A stretch of DNA of 64,000 nucleotides from Candidatus Poribacteria bacterium (GTDB lineage Bacteria > Poribacteria > WGA-4E > PCPOR2b). Below are positions 10,455 to 21,059 of this stretch, one piece after another. The stretch lies in assembly GCA_965215015.1 (NCBI GenBank), contig OZ244042.1, positions 5,088,001-5,152,000 of the forward strand, given 5' to 3'. The first letter of the stretch is position 1, and each line of letters opens with the position of its first letter. A program made the translations under genes and the position numbers. The notes under the pieces were generated by a model. The model had not been told where the DNA came from. It did no database searches and saw only the letters and a program-made list of their open reading frames with translations.

Positions 10455-11045
10455 TTATCGCCTGATTTGCTGGTCAATCCGGTTAAAAACTTCTCGCACT
10501 TCTTCCGCAGTCAACTGCGGCAGTGGATGCATCAATTGAACGATGCCAGCGCGATCAATCAGCACAACCGTGGGCATCTGGAGAGACATCCCATACTGTT
10601 GGGAAACTTCACCTGTCCAGTCCAACAAGACACTCGGTAGATCTACCTCCGCCCCAGCTTCTCGGAGATTTGCTTTAAGCTTCCCCTTCAGAAACAGACG
10701 TGCAAAGAGCGACACACCAGATCCGTTGGCAATAGGAAGAATCCGCAGCTCTTCAGTATACTCTTCAAGGAATAGATTGAGCCACGTTTGACCGCGCTCG
10801 ATGTTATCCTTATCAAAGCCGAACAATAACACATTTTCCCCATGGAATTGGCTCAATCGAAATTCCACATCATGCTGATCTGTGAGGGTAAAATTGGGAG
10901 CTATTGTCCCAGACTCAGGAACGATGAGCGACGGGGAAGCACATGCTAGAAGAATAAGCGGGACACACAAAATCCATCTGTGTGAAACGTAAGGCGTAAG
11001 CTTTAATACGTAACCCGTAAAGTTGTTTGTCGTCCTCTCTCTCAT
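10455..11045 (-). CDS. Thioredoxin-fold (redoxin-like) lipoprotein lacking CxxC
   Basis: LLAC lipobox-like; APNFTLTDQ...LSQFHG, PTVVLIDRAG. Confidence 0.6.
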   Translation of the reverse strand: MRERTTNNFTGYVLKLTPYVSHRWILCVPLILLACASPSLIVPESGTIAPNFTLTDQHDVEFRLSQFHGENVLLFGFDKDNIERGQTWLNLFLEEYTEELRILPIANGSGVSLFARLFLKGKLKANLREAGAEVDLPSVLLDWTGEVSQQYGMSLQMPTVVLIDRAGIVQLMHPLPQLTAEEVREVFNRIDQQIRR

Positions 11046-11130
11046 TCAAGCTGATGGGCAAGCGTTGCTCCTCCTAACGAAAATTGGATCTCGCTCGCCG
11101 TCTCTGTTCTCCCTCCTTTGATACGTCCAT

Positions 11131-12285
11131 TTAATCTGACCAGATTGGCGTCAACACCTTTGTCAATTGGACCAGACTGTCCAGATTATGAGCCGGTAAG
11201 AAATAGTCAACATACGGCAGTGCCGTGCGTATGCCGCGACAGATTGGCTGGTACCCTTCACTACCGAGCAGGGGGTTCAGCCAAATCAACTTATATGCTT
11301 GACGATGCAGTACCTCCATCCCCTTTTGCAGGACATCCGCTTCGCCCCGATCCCAACCGTCACTGATTAGAATGACCACAGTTCTGTACGCAGAGAAGGA
11401 GCGTCCAAACTCCCGGTTGAAGGCGACGATACTCTCACCGATTCTCGTCCCCCCTGACCAATCAGGCACAACCTGTGCAACTTCACGTAGTCCATCTTCA
11501 AGTCCTTTGCGGCGGAGGAGCCCGGTGATGTTGGTGAGCTCTGTGCTGAAGACCGCAACTTCGACCTCTTCAAGTGCTTGCTGCATCCCGTAGATAAACT
11601 GGATCAGAAAGGTGGAATAGTAGTCCATCGATCCGCTGACATCACAGAGCAGCAAAATCTTGTTTTTCTTGACCTTTTGACGCTTCCGTATCAATTTCAA
11701 CGGCTCCCCACCGTAGGCGATGTTTTTACGCCAACTCCGTCGAAAATCGATTGTCTTCCCTTTGGTGCTGGTCTTTTTCCGACGGCTCAGCTTTGTTGCC
11801 AACAATGGGACAAGTTTAGCGATAATCTCTCGCGCTTTTTGCATCTCCTCTGCCGAGAACTGGCCAAAATCCTTTTGGGTCAAAACCTTCTCAGCACTAT
11901 AGGCGATTGTATCCTCTTCCCCCTCCTCTTTATCCTCCTCCATTTCTGTCCATTGGTCCAAGTTTATCACTGTTTCTTCAGCGTTGAACAGATCTTCGAG
12001 AGACATCACCTCTTCTCCGTCTGTATCAAGCCCCAACTCTTGTGGATCAGGACGCGGATATCTCCAGAACCAGTCAAAAGCGGTGTCAAATAACGCCCGA
12101 TCCGATTCATTGGCGATCAGATTCATCTTGGCGGCGTCATAGAAATCCTGTTGTTGTCCAATATCGATTAACTCAACACTTCGGCAGAAACTGATTTGAT
12201 TCGTTGTGGTAATATTCACGCCCATCTGCTTGAGTAATCGGCAGAAGGCGGTGATTTCTTGAAGGAGGGGTTGTTGATTAGTCAT
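11131..12285 (-). CDS. CoxE-like VWA-domain protein
   Basis: CDVSGSM MIDAS, WSGGTRIG, ISDGWDRG, WLNPLLG. Confidence 0.88.
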   Translation of the reverse strand: MTNQQPLLQEITAFCRLLKQMGVNITTTNQISFCRSVELIDIGQQQDFYDAAKMNLIANESDRALFDTAFDWFWRYPRPDPQELGLDTDGEEVMSLEDLFNAEETVINLDQWTEMEEDKEEGEEDTIAYSAEKVLTQKDFGQFSAEEMQKAREIIAKLVPLLATKLSRRKKTSTKGKTIDFRRSWRKNIAYGGEPLKLIRKRQKVKKNKILLLCDVSGSMDYYSTFLIQFIYGMQQALEEVEVAVFSTELTNITGLLRRKGLEDGLREVAQVVPDWSGGTRIGESIVAFNREFGRSFSAYRTVVILISDGWDRGEADVLQKGMEVLHRQAYKLIWLNPLLGSEGYQPICRGIRTALPYVDYFLPAHNLDSLVQLTKVLTPIWSD

Positions 12286-12288
12286 AGA

Positions 12289-12472
12289 TCAAATCCAATT
12301 TTCGATGGAGGGCTCGTTGGAAGCGCGCCGGGTTGTTCGCGACAATAGTATAGTCATACACAAGATTGGTAGCAGCAATGAACAAGGCGGCATCTTCGAT
12401 TAATTTATTCCATTTTCTGAGTTGATAACAAACGTAAGCTATTTTTTGAGAAACTTTTTCGTCAATTTCGAC
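12289..12472 (-). pseudogene. VapC/PIN toxin C-terminal remnant
   Basis: Manual translation VEIDEKVSQKIAYVCYQLRKWNKLIEDAALFIAATNLVYDYTIVANNPARFQR../SIENWI*, matching the VapC pattern D.LIAATAL...LVTNN..F.R....IENW. Confidence 0.65.
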
Positions 12473-12709
12473 TCAGACACATCTCTGATCTGCAAATTTC
12501 CTGGTGTAATGAGTAGGTAGGGGCCTTTCTCTGAATTTAACGTTTTATTAAAAGCCAGTAACCACCTATTTTATTCCCAATTCTTTCCAGTCCGATAATA
12601 AAATCACAGTCATCTTTAAGGGCATTAAGTTTCTTTTCGGTGTCGGTACCCAGTTGAATTTGGATTATCCTCTCACCGCCTGTCACACTGCTAGTTGTCA
12701 TGCTTAATA

Positions 12710-13654
12710 CTATCCACGCACATATCGCCAATCTGCTAACTCTGTTTTTTCAGCGTCTTTTGCCTCAGAATCACTTCTAGCACCATCTACCATCTTATCC
12801 AAGCCTGCCTCTCGTGCCCGTTGAATATCATCTTGATATTTGAAAATGCAACCGAGCGTTTCATCAACGATAGCGGGATCTAACCCGTCTTTACCCAACG
12901 CAATGAGGGCTAATCCCCAATCCAACGTCTCTGCAACTCCCGGTTTTTTGTAGTAATCCCCTTCCCTAAATACCCGCATCAGGTTGCAAAGTTGCTGTGC
13001 AAGCATATCGTCTATATGCGGGAGCTTGGTTTTAACGATTGCAAACTCCTTCTCAATGGACGGATAATCTATCCACTGATAGAGACACCGACGTTTCAGA
13101 GCTTCATGAATCTCCCGCGTGCGATTTGAAGTCAGCACCACATAAGGAATATGTTTGGCACGAATGGTCCCAATCTCCGGAATAGTAATCTGAAAATCTG
13201 ACAGGATTTCAAGGAGGAATGCTTCAAATTCGCTATCACTCCGGTCCACTTCATCAATAAGAAGCACAGGCGGAGCGGCACCAGCCGTCTGAATGGCTTC
13301 GAGGAGCGGACGCTTTAACAGAAATTCCTCGCTGAAGAGGTCTGCACCAATCTGCTCTTTGTCCATGCCTTGCGCTTCGTCAATACGTAGTTGGAGAATC
13401 TGTTTCGTGTAATTCCACTCATACAACGCGCTGTTCACATCCAGTCCTTCGTAACATTGCAAGCGGATTAGATTTCCACCGGTTGCCCCCGCCAAAACCT
13501 TTGCAACCTCTGTTTTCCCAACGCCGGGCTCGCCTTCAAGGAAAATCGGTTTTTTTAGATGATGCGCTAAGTAGATTGTTGTTGCCAACGCTCGATCGGC
13601 AATATAATGCTGTTCCACAAATGTTTCTTGTACTTCTTCAATTGATTCAATCAT
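12710..13654 (-). CDS. CoxD-like MoxR AAA+ ATPase
   Basis: GEPGVGKT, RLQCYEGLD, LLIDEVD, LTSNRTRE, KKPGVAETLDW. Confidence 0.9.
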   Translation of the reverse strand: MIESIEEVQETFVEQHYIADRALATTIYLAHHLKKPIFLEGEPGVGKTEVAKVLAGATGGNLIRLQCYEGLDVNSALYEWNYTKQILQLRIDEAQGMDKEQIGADLFSEEFLLKRPLLEAIQTAGAAPPVLLIDEVDRSDSEFEAFLLEILSDFQITIPEIGTIRAKHIPYVVLTSNRTREIHEALKRRCLYQWIDYPSIEKEFAIVKTKLPHIDDMLAQQLCNLMRVFREGDYYKKPGVAETLDWGLALIALGKDGLDPAIVDETLGCIFKYQDDIQRAREAGLDKMVDGARSDSEAKDAEKTELADWRYVRG

Positions 13655-13696
13655 TTACTATCCTTTTACAGTTAGGTTTAAATTTGCCGCCCAATT

Positions 13697-14362
13697 TTAT
13701 GCGGTTGAGGATTTCCGCAATGCTTCTTCGTAATCTGTCCGATAATCGATGTCCCACAGTACTCGGTCAGTATCGACAGTCACATAATGGATGTCATCTG
13801 CATATTTTTGGAAAAGCGACCGAACCCCGCCGCTATGCCTCTCCAGGGCAAGGAGGTCAGCAGCGTAGCGTCGGTTAAAAATTACAGGATGCCCCCGACG
13901 ATAGTTATAACTTGGCACCGCAATTCCACCTTCTGTTTGGACGTATGTGTCGATGACCAGATTAACCAAATCCGGCGTGATGAGCGGTAAGTCTACCAAG
14001 GTCATCGCAAACGCATCGGCGGACGCTGAAATTGATTGCACACCGCACTGTGCAGAGGTCAGCATGCCCTCCTGATAATCGGGGTTGAATACAATCTTGA
14101 CCGGTTTGTGCTGGATATACGCTTGAATTTTCTTGGCTTCGTGCCCAATAATAACGATAACCTCGCTCAGATTGGATCCAAGCAGGTTATCGATCACGGT
14201 TTCAATAATCGTGCTGCCACCGAAAGGAAGGAGTTGCTTAGGTTCGCCCATACGAGTAGACAGGCCCGCAGCGAGGATGATACCTGATATTTTGGGTGTC
14301 GGTTGGGGAGGATTCATTACGCCTGATGCCTCATTTGTTGATTGCAAGGGCACTAGTATCAC
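13697..14362 (-). CDS. Molybdenum cofactor cytidylyltransferase (MocA-like)
   Basis: ILAAGLSTRMG.PKQLL, NPDY..GM, GHPV, DID; adjacent to coxD/coxE-like genes. Confidence 0.8.
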   Translation of the reverse strand: MILVPLQSTNEASGVMNPPQPTPKISGIILAAGLSTRMGEPKQLLPFGGSTIIETVIDNLLGSNLSEVIVIIGHEAKKIQAYIQHKPVKIVFNPDYQEGMLTSAQCGVQSISASADAFAMTLVDLPLITPDLVNLVIDTYVQTEGGIAVPSYNYRRGHPVIFNRRYAADLLALERHSGGVRSLFQKYADDIHYVTVDTDRVLWDIDYRTDYEEALRKSSTA

Positions 14363-14823
14363 CCCGTTTATAAATCATGCGTTATTCTTCTAATCAACAG
14401 ATTGTCTATTCTTTCCATAGCTCAGATGAAAATGATACACGCAAAAGTCAATTCCATCAAGTTTTATTTGAAGAAAATGTCTGTTCTTGCCAATTTTTCA
14501 CGTTAGCTCGATCCGTATTAACACCCCCAAATCCTCATCGGACTTTCTTTAGTAACAGGGTACGACCTCAACTCGGTCCCACCGAGGTTCTATAGATTAA
14601 ACACGACAGAAGTGTCGTAGTCCGCGCGCTCTCACTTCAGCGATAATCAGTTCTGGCAGTTTCATAGTTCTCTCCCGATGATTCTCTACATCCCACTTAT
14701 GGAGACAGTTTGATATAGGGTATGAATTTCTTGATGGTGCGTCAACCTCTATCGACTATATTATGTCATAAGATGGGGGGGCGATCCAGAAAAAACAACC
14801 TGCCAGCTCATTTTGTACATTGC

Positions 14824-15243
14824 TAGGGTATGTTGACATTTGACAGCACGTCGGTCCAAGACTCTCCTAACGGAGTTGGGTTGAACGGGAACCTTCAACC
14901 CAACTCCCAATTTAAAAGAAACGGGAAACAGCAGTAGGTACGCTCCGCGTGCCCTCCCCCTGCTAAATACCCGGTGGGTTGTCCGTCAGTTCCTGGCTCA
15001 TTGAGCCTAGAACGGTTCTTTTCCCCCTGCTTGCGGGGGGGTTAGGGGGGGTGATGGTACGTATCATCCTCCAAGTTGCTAGATAGCCCGTAGGTCGAGT
15101 TTCCATACTCGACATCTATTATAAAAACAACTTATAGATGGCACCCCAACCTGTAGAGGTTGGGGTGCCTAACCCGCCGGAGGAGGGAAGGGTACTTATC
15201 GACCAATTACGGACACGACTCACATAAATGTCAACAGAACCTA
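14824..15243. mobile_element. Composite MITE-like element
   Basis: Inverted ends TAGGGTATGTTGACATTT ... AAATGTCAACAGAACCTA; contains a perfect 14-bp hairpin (14872-14907), GTAG REPs and CCCCTGCTTGCGGGGGG. Confidence 0.6.
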
Positions 15244-15372
15244 ATAATCCAAGAAAATGATTGATAAAATTGGACAACCGTGATATATTTTTCACAATTT
15301 CCAAAGCCCAATTTTTGGCCCCTAGATGGAAAGTACCCGCCATAAGCGTGGCAGAAAGAGGAATGAATTATC

Positions 15373-16413
15373 ATGCACGGATTGACGTTAGCAAATCCTT
15401 ACTTGACTAACGAATTATCGCCGCCGCCCGCTAGGAGTTACCGCTACCGGCAGTGGGTTGAACGAGGATATCAAGGCCTCCTAGGACCGATTCCCTCTGA
15501 CAACGAGCTAGGAGTCTTGATTGGGCAAATGGGCTGGGTAGGAAGCCACGCGCATGTGCACGGCTATCTGTGGGCTTCGGCGGGTAACATGGGGGCACTC
15601 TTATCCGAGGCGGTGGATGAAGCTTGTCTGCTTCCACGCAATGAATCGCCTCGTTACGCCCTGCCCCCAGCAATTACTGTGAAAGGGTTGGCGGGGCGAC
15701 ACGTCCTCTTAACAAAATCCGGCTCACGGTTGGATATGATTGCCCTTGAGCATCCAGCACTCAACTTGACAATTGTTGAGGTGGAAGACGACGGTGTGCA
15801 CTACCGCATGCGCTTTGGTACACCTCCGCTCTCTGCACTCGACAAGGTTCAGACGAAACCCCCGAAACCGACGAGCGAGATGTTTCACTATATGCTAATC
15901 TTTGAGAAGCTCGAAGCAGATGGTTTCAAAGCGTTGGTGCATCTACAACCTAAGTTCTTGAACCTAATCTCCCGCACTGAACATGGGGCGGCATCACGGT
16001 TTTACGATTTCCTGAGAGGGTATGAACCAGAAACCCCGATTATGTACGATAAATCCGGCGGAATCGGTTTTGTACAAGAGCGAGCACCCGGCATCCCTGA
16101 GCTTTCCTATGAAAGTCTGCGCCTTTTTAAGGGCGAAGACCTCCCGGCAAATCAACGTCACGAGATGCGCTACATCATCTATTGGGTTGGACACGGCACC
16201 TTTTCCCGTGGGGTTGATATTCTAGACGCCTACAGGCATTCCGAGTATTTTGAGGCAGCGGCTCGAATGACGTGGGAAGCCAACCAAAATCGTATTAACG
16301 TACAGGCTTATAGCGAAGAAATCGTGAACTGTATTCTGCGTGAGTTTCAGGCGAATCAGGAACCCGCCCAAGAGCCCCTTCCTGAACGGGATAACTTGTA
16401 TAATTACCCGTAG
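15373..16413 (+). CDS. Class II aldolase/adducin family protein (rhamnulose-1-P aldolase-like, divergent)
   Basis: WASAGN, TKSG, KPTSE, LVHLQP, WVGHG, AY..EYFEAAA follow the RhaD motif order. Confidence 0.6.
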   Translation: MHGLTLANPYLTNELSPPPARSYRYRQWVERGYQGLLGPIPSDNELGVLIGQMGWVGSHAHVHGYLWASAGNMGALLSEAVDEACLLPRNESPRYALPPAITVKGLAGRHVLLTKSGSRLDMIALEHPALNLTIVEVEDDGVHYRMRFGTPPLSALDKVQTKPPKPTSEMFHYMLIFEKLEADGFKALVHLQPKFLNLISRTEHGAASRFYDFLRGYEPETPIMYDKSGGIGFVQERAPGIPELSYESLRLFKGEDLPANQRHEMRYIIYWVGHGTFSRGVDILDAYRHSEYFEAAARMTWEANQNRINVQAYSEEIVNCILREFQANQEPAQEPLPERDNLYNYP

Positions 16414-16459
16414 TCCAGAAATTTTGGATCAAGCAGGTAAACGTAGCCCCGTTAGACCG

Positions 16460-18415
16460 TCAAATCTTCCGAGCGAAAGTATGCCCCTCCATAATCGCAT
16501 GCTGGAGCGTGCGCGGTGCGAAGGCATCGCCGATAACGAAGCATGTCACCTCGTCTGGGAGCGATTGAGATAACTCGTCAACCGCTTGTCCACCAAAGGC
16601 ATGGACTATAGCATCGTAACCGTTCAGCTCGCCCCTCGTCTCAGCCCAAGCGTTTTCGGTAATAAGGGTATTGCTCTCAATTGCGCGGACATGCAGATGC
16701 GGGTGGATTACAATCCCTTTGTGGAACAGACGTTGATACACCGGTGGGCGCGTTGTTGCGCCGAGCAGCGTACAAATCGCTTCCATACTTGTGATAATCT
16801 CCACAGATTTTCCTGCATCAAGCAGTAGCTCCGCGACATTGGGTCCCTGGAAACCGTACTCCTCATCAATAACCGCCACACGCTCACCTGTTGGAATATC
16901 ACCGTTCAAGACAGACCACGCATCTATCGTATTTTCAACCCCAGGCACCTCCGGCATCAGTGGACGCGCACCGGTCGCCACGATGACGACATCGGGGGAT
17001 TCGCTCAAGATTGATTCGGCGGTCGCCGTACAGTTTAGTCGAACCTTGACCCCGGATTTTCGGCATTGCTCTCCCAACCATTCCGTTGCACCTGAAAACT
17101 CGCCGCGCAATGGGGCTTTGGCGGCAATCAGCGTTTGACCGCCCAGCTCACTATCCCTCTCCATCAACACGACATCGTGCCCGCGCCATTGTGCGATGCG
17201 TGCAGCTTCAAGCCCTGCGGGACCACCGCCAACCACCACCACCTTGCGAAGGTGCTCCGCCGGTGTGAGTGCGTCCAACTCAGTCTCCCTTCCTATCGTC
17301 GCGTTCTGTACGCACGTCACGCCACGCCCGGTATAGATGCGATCGATGCATCCTTCGTTGTAACCGCGACATAACCGAATGTCCTCCAACTGTCCTGCCA
17401 TCGCCTTCTGAGGTGCTTGTGGATCAGCAATTAGCGCACGGGTCATGATGACCAGATCCGCCTGATCGTTTGAAACGATTTGCTCTGCTTCCATTGGATG
17501 TGTTACCCGCCCTGCCGTGATGACCGGCACGGACACCACATCTTTGATCGAAGCTGCCAGCAGCGCGTATGTTGCATGGGAGAAGGTCATGTCTGGCACC
17601 GCTCCTGCTTCGCCGACGAAGGTTTCGGCAGTCGCCCCGATAATGCTAAAGTAATCGAGGATTCCTAGCGAATTTAGATTGGCCGCAATCTCTTGCATCA
17701 TTGCATTGTCAAGACCACCCTTGGTGAAATCATCACCTGTGATACGGATGCCGATGATGAAATCATCGCCGCACCGTTCACGGATAGCCTCAATGACCCG
17801 TATACCGAAACGCAAACGATTGGGGAGCAAGCCGCCGTACTCATCGGTGCGGCGGTTGGCGTTTTGCGTCCAGAATTGATCGATTAGATGGCAGTGGCTC
17901 GCGTTTACCTCACAGCCGTCAAAGTTGCCTTGCTTCAATCGCCATGCCGCATCCGAGAACGCTTGGACGAACTCAGTTATCGTTTCCTCGTCAAGTGTGT
18001 GCGGTGTTTCGCGGTGGTTCGGCTCGCGGATAGGAGATGGGCCGTACATCCGATGAAGCCGATCTACGCTCCGCCCCCGTCGGCCGCGGTGTGTAATTTG
18101 CGAAATGACCGGCACATTATAGGCGTGCATTGTGTCGGTAAATTTAGCGAGGTACGGAATCACGCGGTCCTCGAACAATTCCACGCCGTTCCAATCCTGC
18201 GCCGGTGACGTTGGGTGGACACCTGCCGAGCCGAAGCACATCAGTAGTCCTACCCCGCCCTTTGCCTTTTCCTCGTAGTAACGGCGTGCTTTCTCCTTTG
18301 GAATCCCATCTTCCGCCAAGGCATCAGCATGTGCCGATGTGACGATTCGGTTCTTGACCGTAACATGGCGGAGTTGTAGCGGAGTGAACAGATGCTTAAA
18401 TACCGGTGCAGCCAT
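16460..18415 (-). CDS. NADH:flavin oxidoreductase (OYE barrel + 4Fe-4S + FAD domain; DgcA/StcD/FadH-like)
   Basis: KNRIV, HLIDQF, NRRTDEYGG, CRGYNEGC...C, VVVGGGPAGLEAA. Confidence 0.85.
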   Translation of the reverse strand: MAAPVFKHLFTPLQLRHVTVKNRIVTSAHADALAEDGIPKEKARRYYEEKAKGGVGLLMCFGSAGVHPTSPAQDWNGVELFEDRVIPYLAKFTDTMHAYNVPVISQITHRGRRGRSVDRLHRMYGPSPIREPNHRETPHTLDEETITEFVQAFSDAAWRLKQGNFDGCEVNASHCHLIDQFWTQNANRRTDEYGGLLPNRLRFGIRVIEAIRERCGDDFIIGIRITGDDFTKGGLDNAMMQEIAANLNSLGILDYFSIIGATAETFVGEAGAVPDMTFSHATYALLAASIKDVVSVPVITAGRVTHPMEAEQIVSNDQADLVIMTRALIADPQAPQKAMAGQLEDIRLCRGYNEGCIDRIYTGRGVTCVQNATIGRETELDALTPAEHLRKVVVVGGGPAGLEAARIAQWRGHDVVLMERDSELGGQTLIAAKAPLRGEFSGATEWLGEQCRKSGVKVRLNCTATAESILSESPDVVIVATGARPLMPEVPGVENTIDAWSVLNGDIPTGERVAVIDEEYGFQGPNVAELLLDAGKSVEIITSMEAICTLLGATTRPPVYQRLFHKGIVIHPHLHVRAIESNTLITENAWAETRGELNGYDAIVHAFGGQAVDELSQSLPDEVTCFVIGDAFAPRTLQHAIMEGHTFARKI

Positions 18416-18688
18416 GATGATTCCTCCCTATTAAAAAAATTACAAAGTTGATCCCCGTATCCATTCGCGGTGAGCTCTCTTCCATCTTATTCACTTTAGG
18501 AGTTACGCTCTTGAGTTTGTAGTTAAAACCTTCGCACCTACCATGAGAAACTCACGGTGCATTCATCACCGAGCACGATGCTGCCAGCCAATTGCTCCAA
18601 AATCCCTTTCGCCATGTGATTCTCCTCCTCAAAACGAATTACTTTTTTCGAGAACACAGAGAAATGAGGAGCAATCTATTGCCCTCAA

Positions 18689-19744
18689 TCATCTCTGTTG
18701 TGCGACAATTAATGGGTTTTCGCCAGAGGACAGCGGCAGTGCCACAGTCTGCCCCTCGACAATTGATTGGTAAGCTGCCATCAGCGTTTCGACAGCGATG
18801 AGTGCAGTTTCGATGTTGCTTGTAGGTGGCGTGCCGTTTTCGATTGCATTAATCAATTGCTCTACCGAGCCCATAACCGTTGCGCCCTCGACAAACTGAT
18901 CGTAATCTTGAGGAATATGGTTGATTGTAACGACCTGTGCGCTCGCGTCGATAAACATCGTTTGACCCTCAAAGTTGACCGTCATCGAATTACTATGACG
19001 ACGCTCTTTGATCAACTGCTGTTTGCCTACCTCAAGAAAAGCGAAAAAATCGCCATAGTCAAGGACAATCTGCCCGAAGTTCTCAACGTCAGCTTCCGCA
19101 AAAACATCCCAGAGTTTTCGCCATTTTGCGGTGACGGTTTTTGGACGACCGAACAGCGAAGCTGCGTAGTCAATCGCATAGCATCCCATGTTGGTCATCT
19201 CTCCGCCGCCGGACTTCTGAGGAGGATCAAGCCGTTCGGGCCATGCAGCTGCTAATTCAAAATCGATCGGGAAATTCATCCCGAAGAGATGATGATAGCC
19301 CATCACCGTGCCGTGCATTCCCGCCTGTACCTCTTCCAATAACCTTGCATAGACCGGCACAAAACGAACCATCGGTATATCGTGCACGAAATGGACATTG
19401 TATGTTTTGACCGCTTCAGCGATACGGCGTGCACTGTCCAGACTTTCACAGAGCGGCTTGTTGAGGAAAACGTGTTTGCCCGCAGCAGCGGCAAGCTCAA
19501 CCATCTCTGCCTTATCACCTGGATTACAGGACACCGCAACGAAATCTACACCCGGGTGATTGATGACTGCCTCGTATGAAGTTGACAAAGGGGCACCGAA
19601 GATTTGTCGCAGTTCTTCCGCACGACGCGGATTTTCTTCGTATGCAGCAATAACACGGGTATCGGATCTGCCCTTGAACATGCTACAGATGCCTGCGCCG
19701 TGTGTGCAACAGTTACCGAGGAGGCCTACATTATATAACTTCAT
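18689..19744 (-). CDS. Gfo/Idh/MocA family oxidoreductase
   Basis: AAAGKHVFLNKP, SGGGEMTNMGCY. Confidence 0.85.
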   Translation of the reverse strand: MKLYNVGLLGNCCTHGAGICSMFKGRSDTRVIAAYEENPRRAEELRQIFGAPLSTSYEAVINHPGVDFVAVSCNPGDKAEMVELAAAAGKHVFLNKPLCESLDSARRIAEAVKTYNVHFVHDIPMVRFVPVYARLLEEVQAGMHGTVMGYHHLFGMNFPIDFELAAAWPERLDPPQKSGGGEMTNMGCYAIDYAASLFGRPKTVTAKWRKLWDVFAEADVENFGQIVLDYGDFFAFLEVGKQQLIKERRHSNSMTVNFEGQTMFIDASAQVVTINHIPQDYDQFVEGATVMGSVEQLINAIENGTPPTSNIETALIAVETLMAAYQSIVEGQTVALPLSSGENPLIVAQQR

Positions 19745-19903
19745 TTTTATCTTCGTCCCTCCGAGATTGGGTTACTCAATGGGATAGCAGATATCACCAG
19801 TTGCAGGAATTGAATATATAGGAAAGCTTTAAAGGGTTCAGTTTCTCAATTTCGTGTTGAGGCTCGATTTCCAAGTTGCGGCATACGGAGTATGCCTACT
19901 ACT

Positions 19904-20764
19904 TTATTCAAAAAGCCGCTTGAATTCCGGCAAACACTCCCAAAATCCATCTTCAAATGTCCCGTTATCGGGTCTATAGACACTTTCAAGAGAGATGTTC
20001 CCCTGATAATTATCACGCAAGAGTGCGTTAGCAATACCTTCAAGGTATGGAGCGACATCTCCCCCGCCGAGCGGGCAGAAACGAACCGTTGCTTTTGAGA
20101 TGTCAACCTGGCAATCTTTGAGATGAATATGACCAATGTCATCTTTAATCTGTTCGTAGGCATCCGGATAGGGGACTTCCGTACAATACATGGTGTTGGG
20201 GATATCCCAGAGGATTTTAAGATGCTTGCTCCCTAGATCATCAATCAGTTTTTTCGCCAGCACACCCGATGTTATCATCGCATTATTTCCGGTTTCAACA
20301 ACGAGGGTCACCCCTTTCTCTTCGGCTAATTTTACCGGGGCTTCCATGAGCTTGAGTAGTCTATCCCAAGCCCCCGTACTGGCAACCCAGTCCTCTGCAC
20401 CGTTAGCACCAAAGATAATCATCTCTTTTTTGCAGCTCATGATTCTAACCCGGTTGGTTCCTAACTCTTGGGCGATGTGGATACACCGTTGAAGCCCCGC
20501 CATATGTTCTTGATAAATAGAATCTTCCGGTTCAATCTCCATTATTGGAAGCCCCGCGAAATTATGTCGCGAAATACAAGAGACTTCCACCCGATATTGT
20601 GCAACCAATTTTTTTATTTTTCGGATTTCCTCTGATGTTTGATCTCCAATCTCCTTGTCCCAAAGGAACTGGAGTTCTGCATATTTGAGCCCTGCTTTAG
20701 CCATCGCCTGCAATGCATACTCAAGATCCCTACTGATACCGTTAGTAATGACGCCGAGTTTCAT
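19904..20764 (-). CDS. Sugar-phosphate isomerase/epimerase (AP endonuclease 2 TIM barrel)
   Basis: LVVET, LWDIPN, HIHLKD, ISLE. Confidence 0.85.
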   Translation of the reverse strand: MKLGVITNGISRDLEYALQAMAKAGLKYAELQFLWDKEIGDQTSEEIRKIKKLVAQYRVEVSCISRHNFAGLPIMEIEPEDSIYQEHMAGLQRCIHIAQELGTNRVRIMSCKKEMIIFGANGAEDWVASTGAWDRLLKLMEAPVKLAEEKGVTLVVETGNNAMITSGVLAKKLIDDLGSKHLKILWDIPNTMYCTEVPYPDAYEQIKDDIGHIHLKDCQVDISKATVRFCPLGGGDVAPYLEGIANALLRDNYQGNISLESVYRPDNGTFEDGFWECLPEFKRLFE

Positions 20765-21059
20765 CCTGTTCTGCCCCCTTCATGTGAACCGGCTTTGACC
20801 CCTATTTTTGCAATTTGCTTACAATTTGCGAATGTTGTCACCTAACACCCCGTATTTTTTCCGTATAAATCAAAGTTGAATCTTATCCAGTGATCGAGTA
20901 AAATACCTGATGATTTTAGTATAACAAAGCGCATAAAGTCAAGGATCGAATTTAGTATTTCATATATGCCTCATTTTTCCGAGTCCATTACCCTTCTTTG
21001 TAAGCCCCGACTGCTTATATCGTGCCCAGTCTGGCGTTCTCGTATCATCGAGGCTACAA

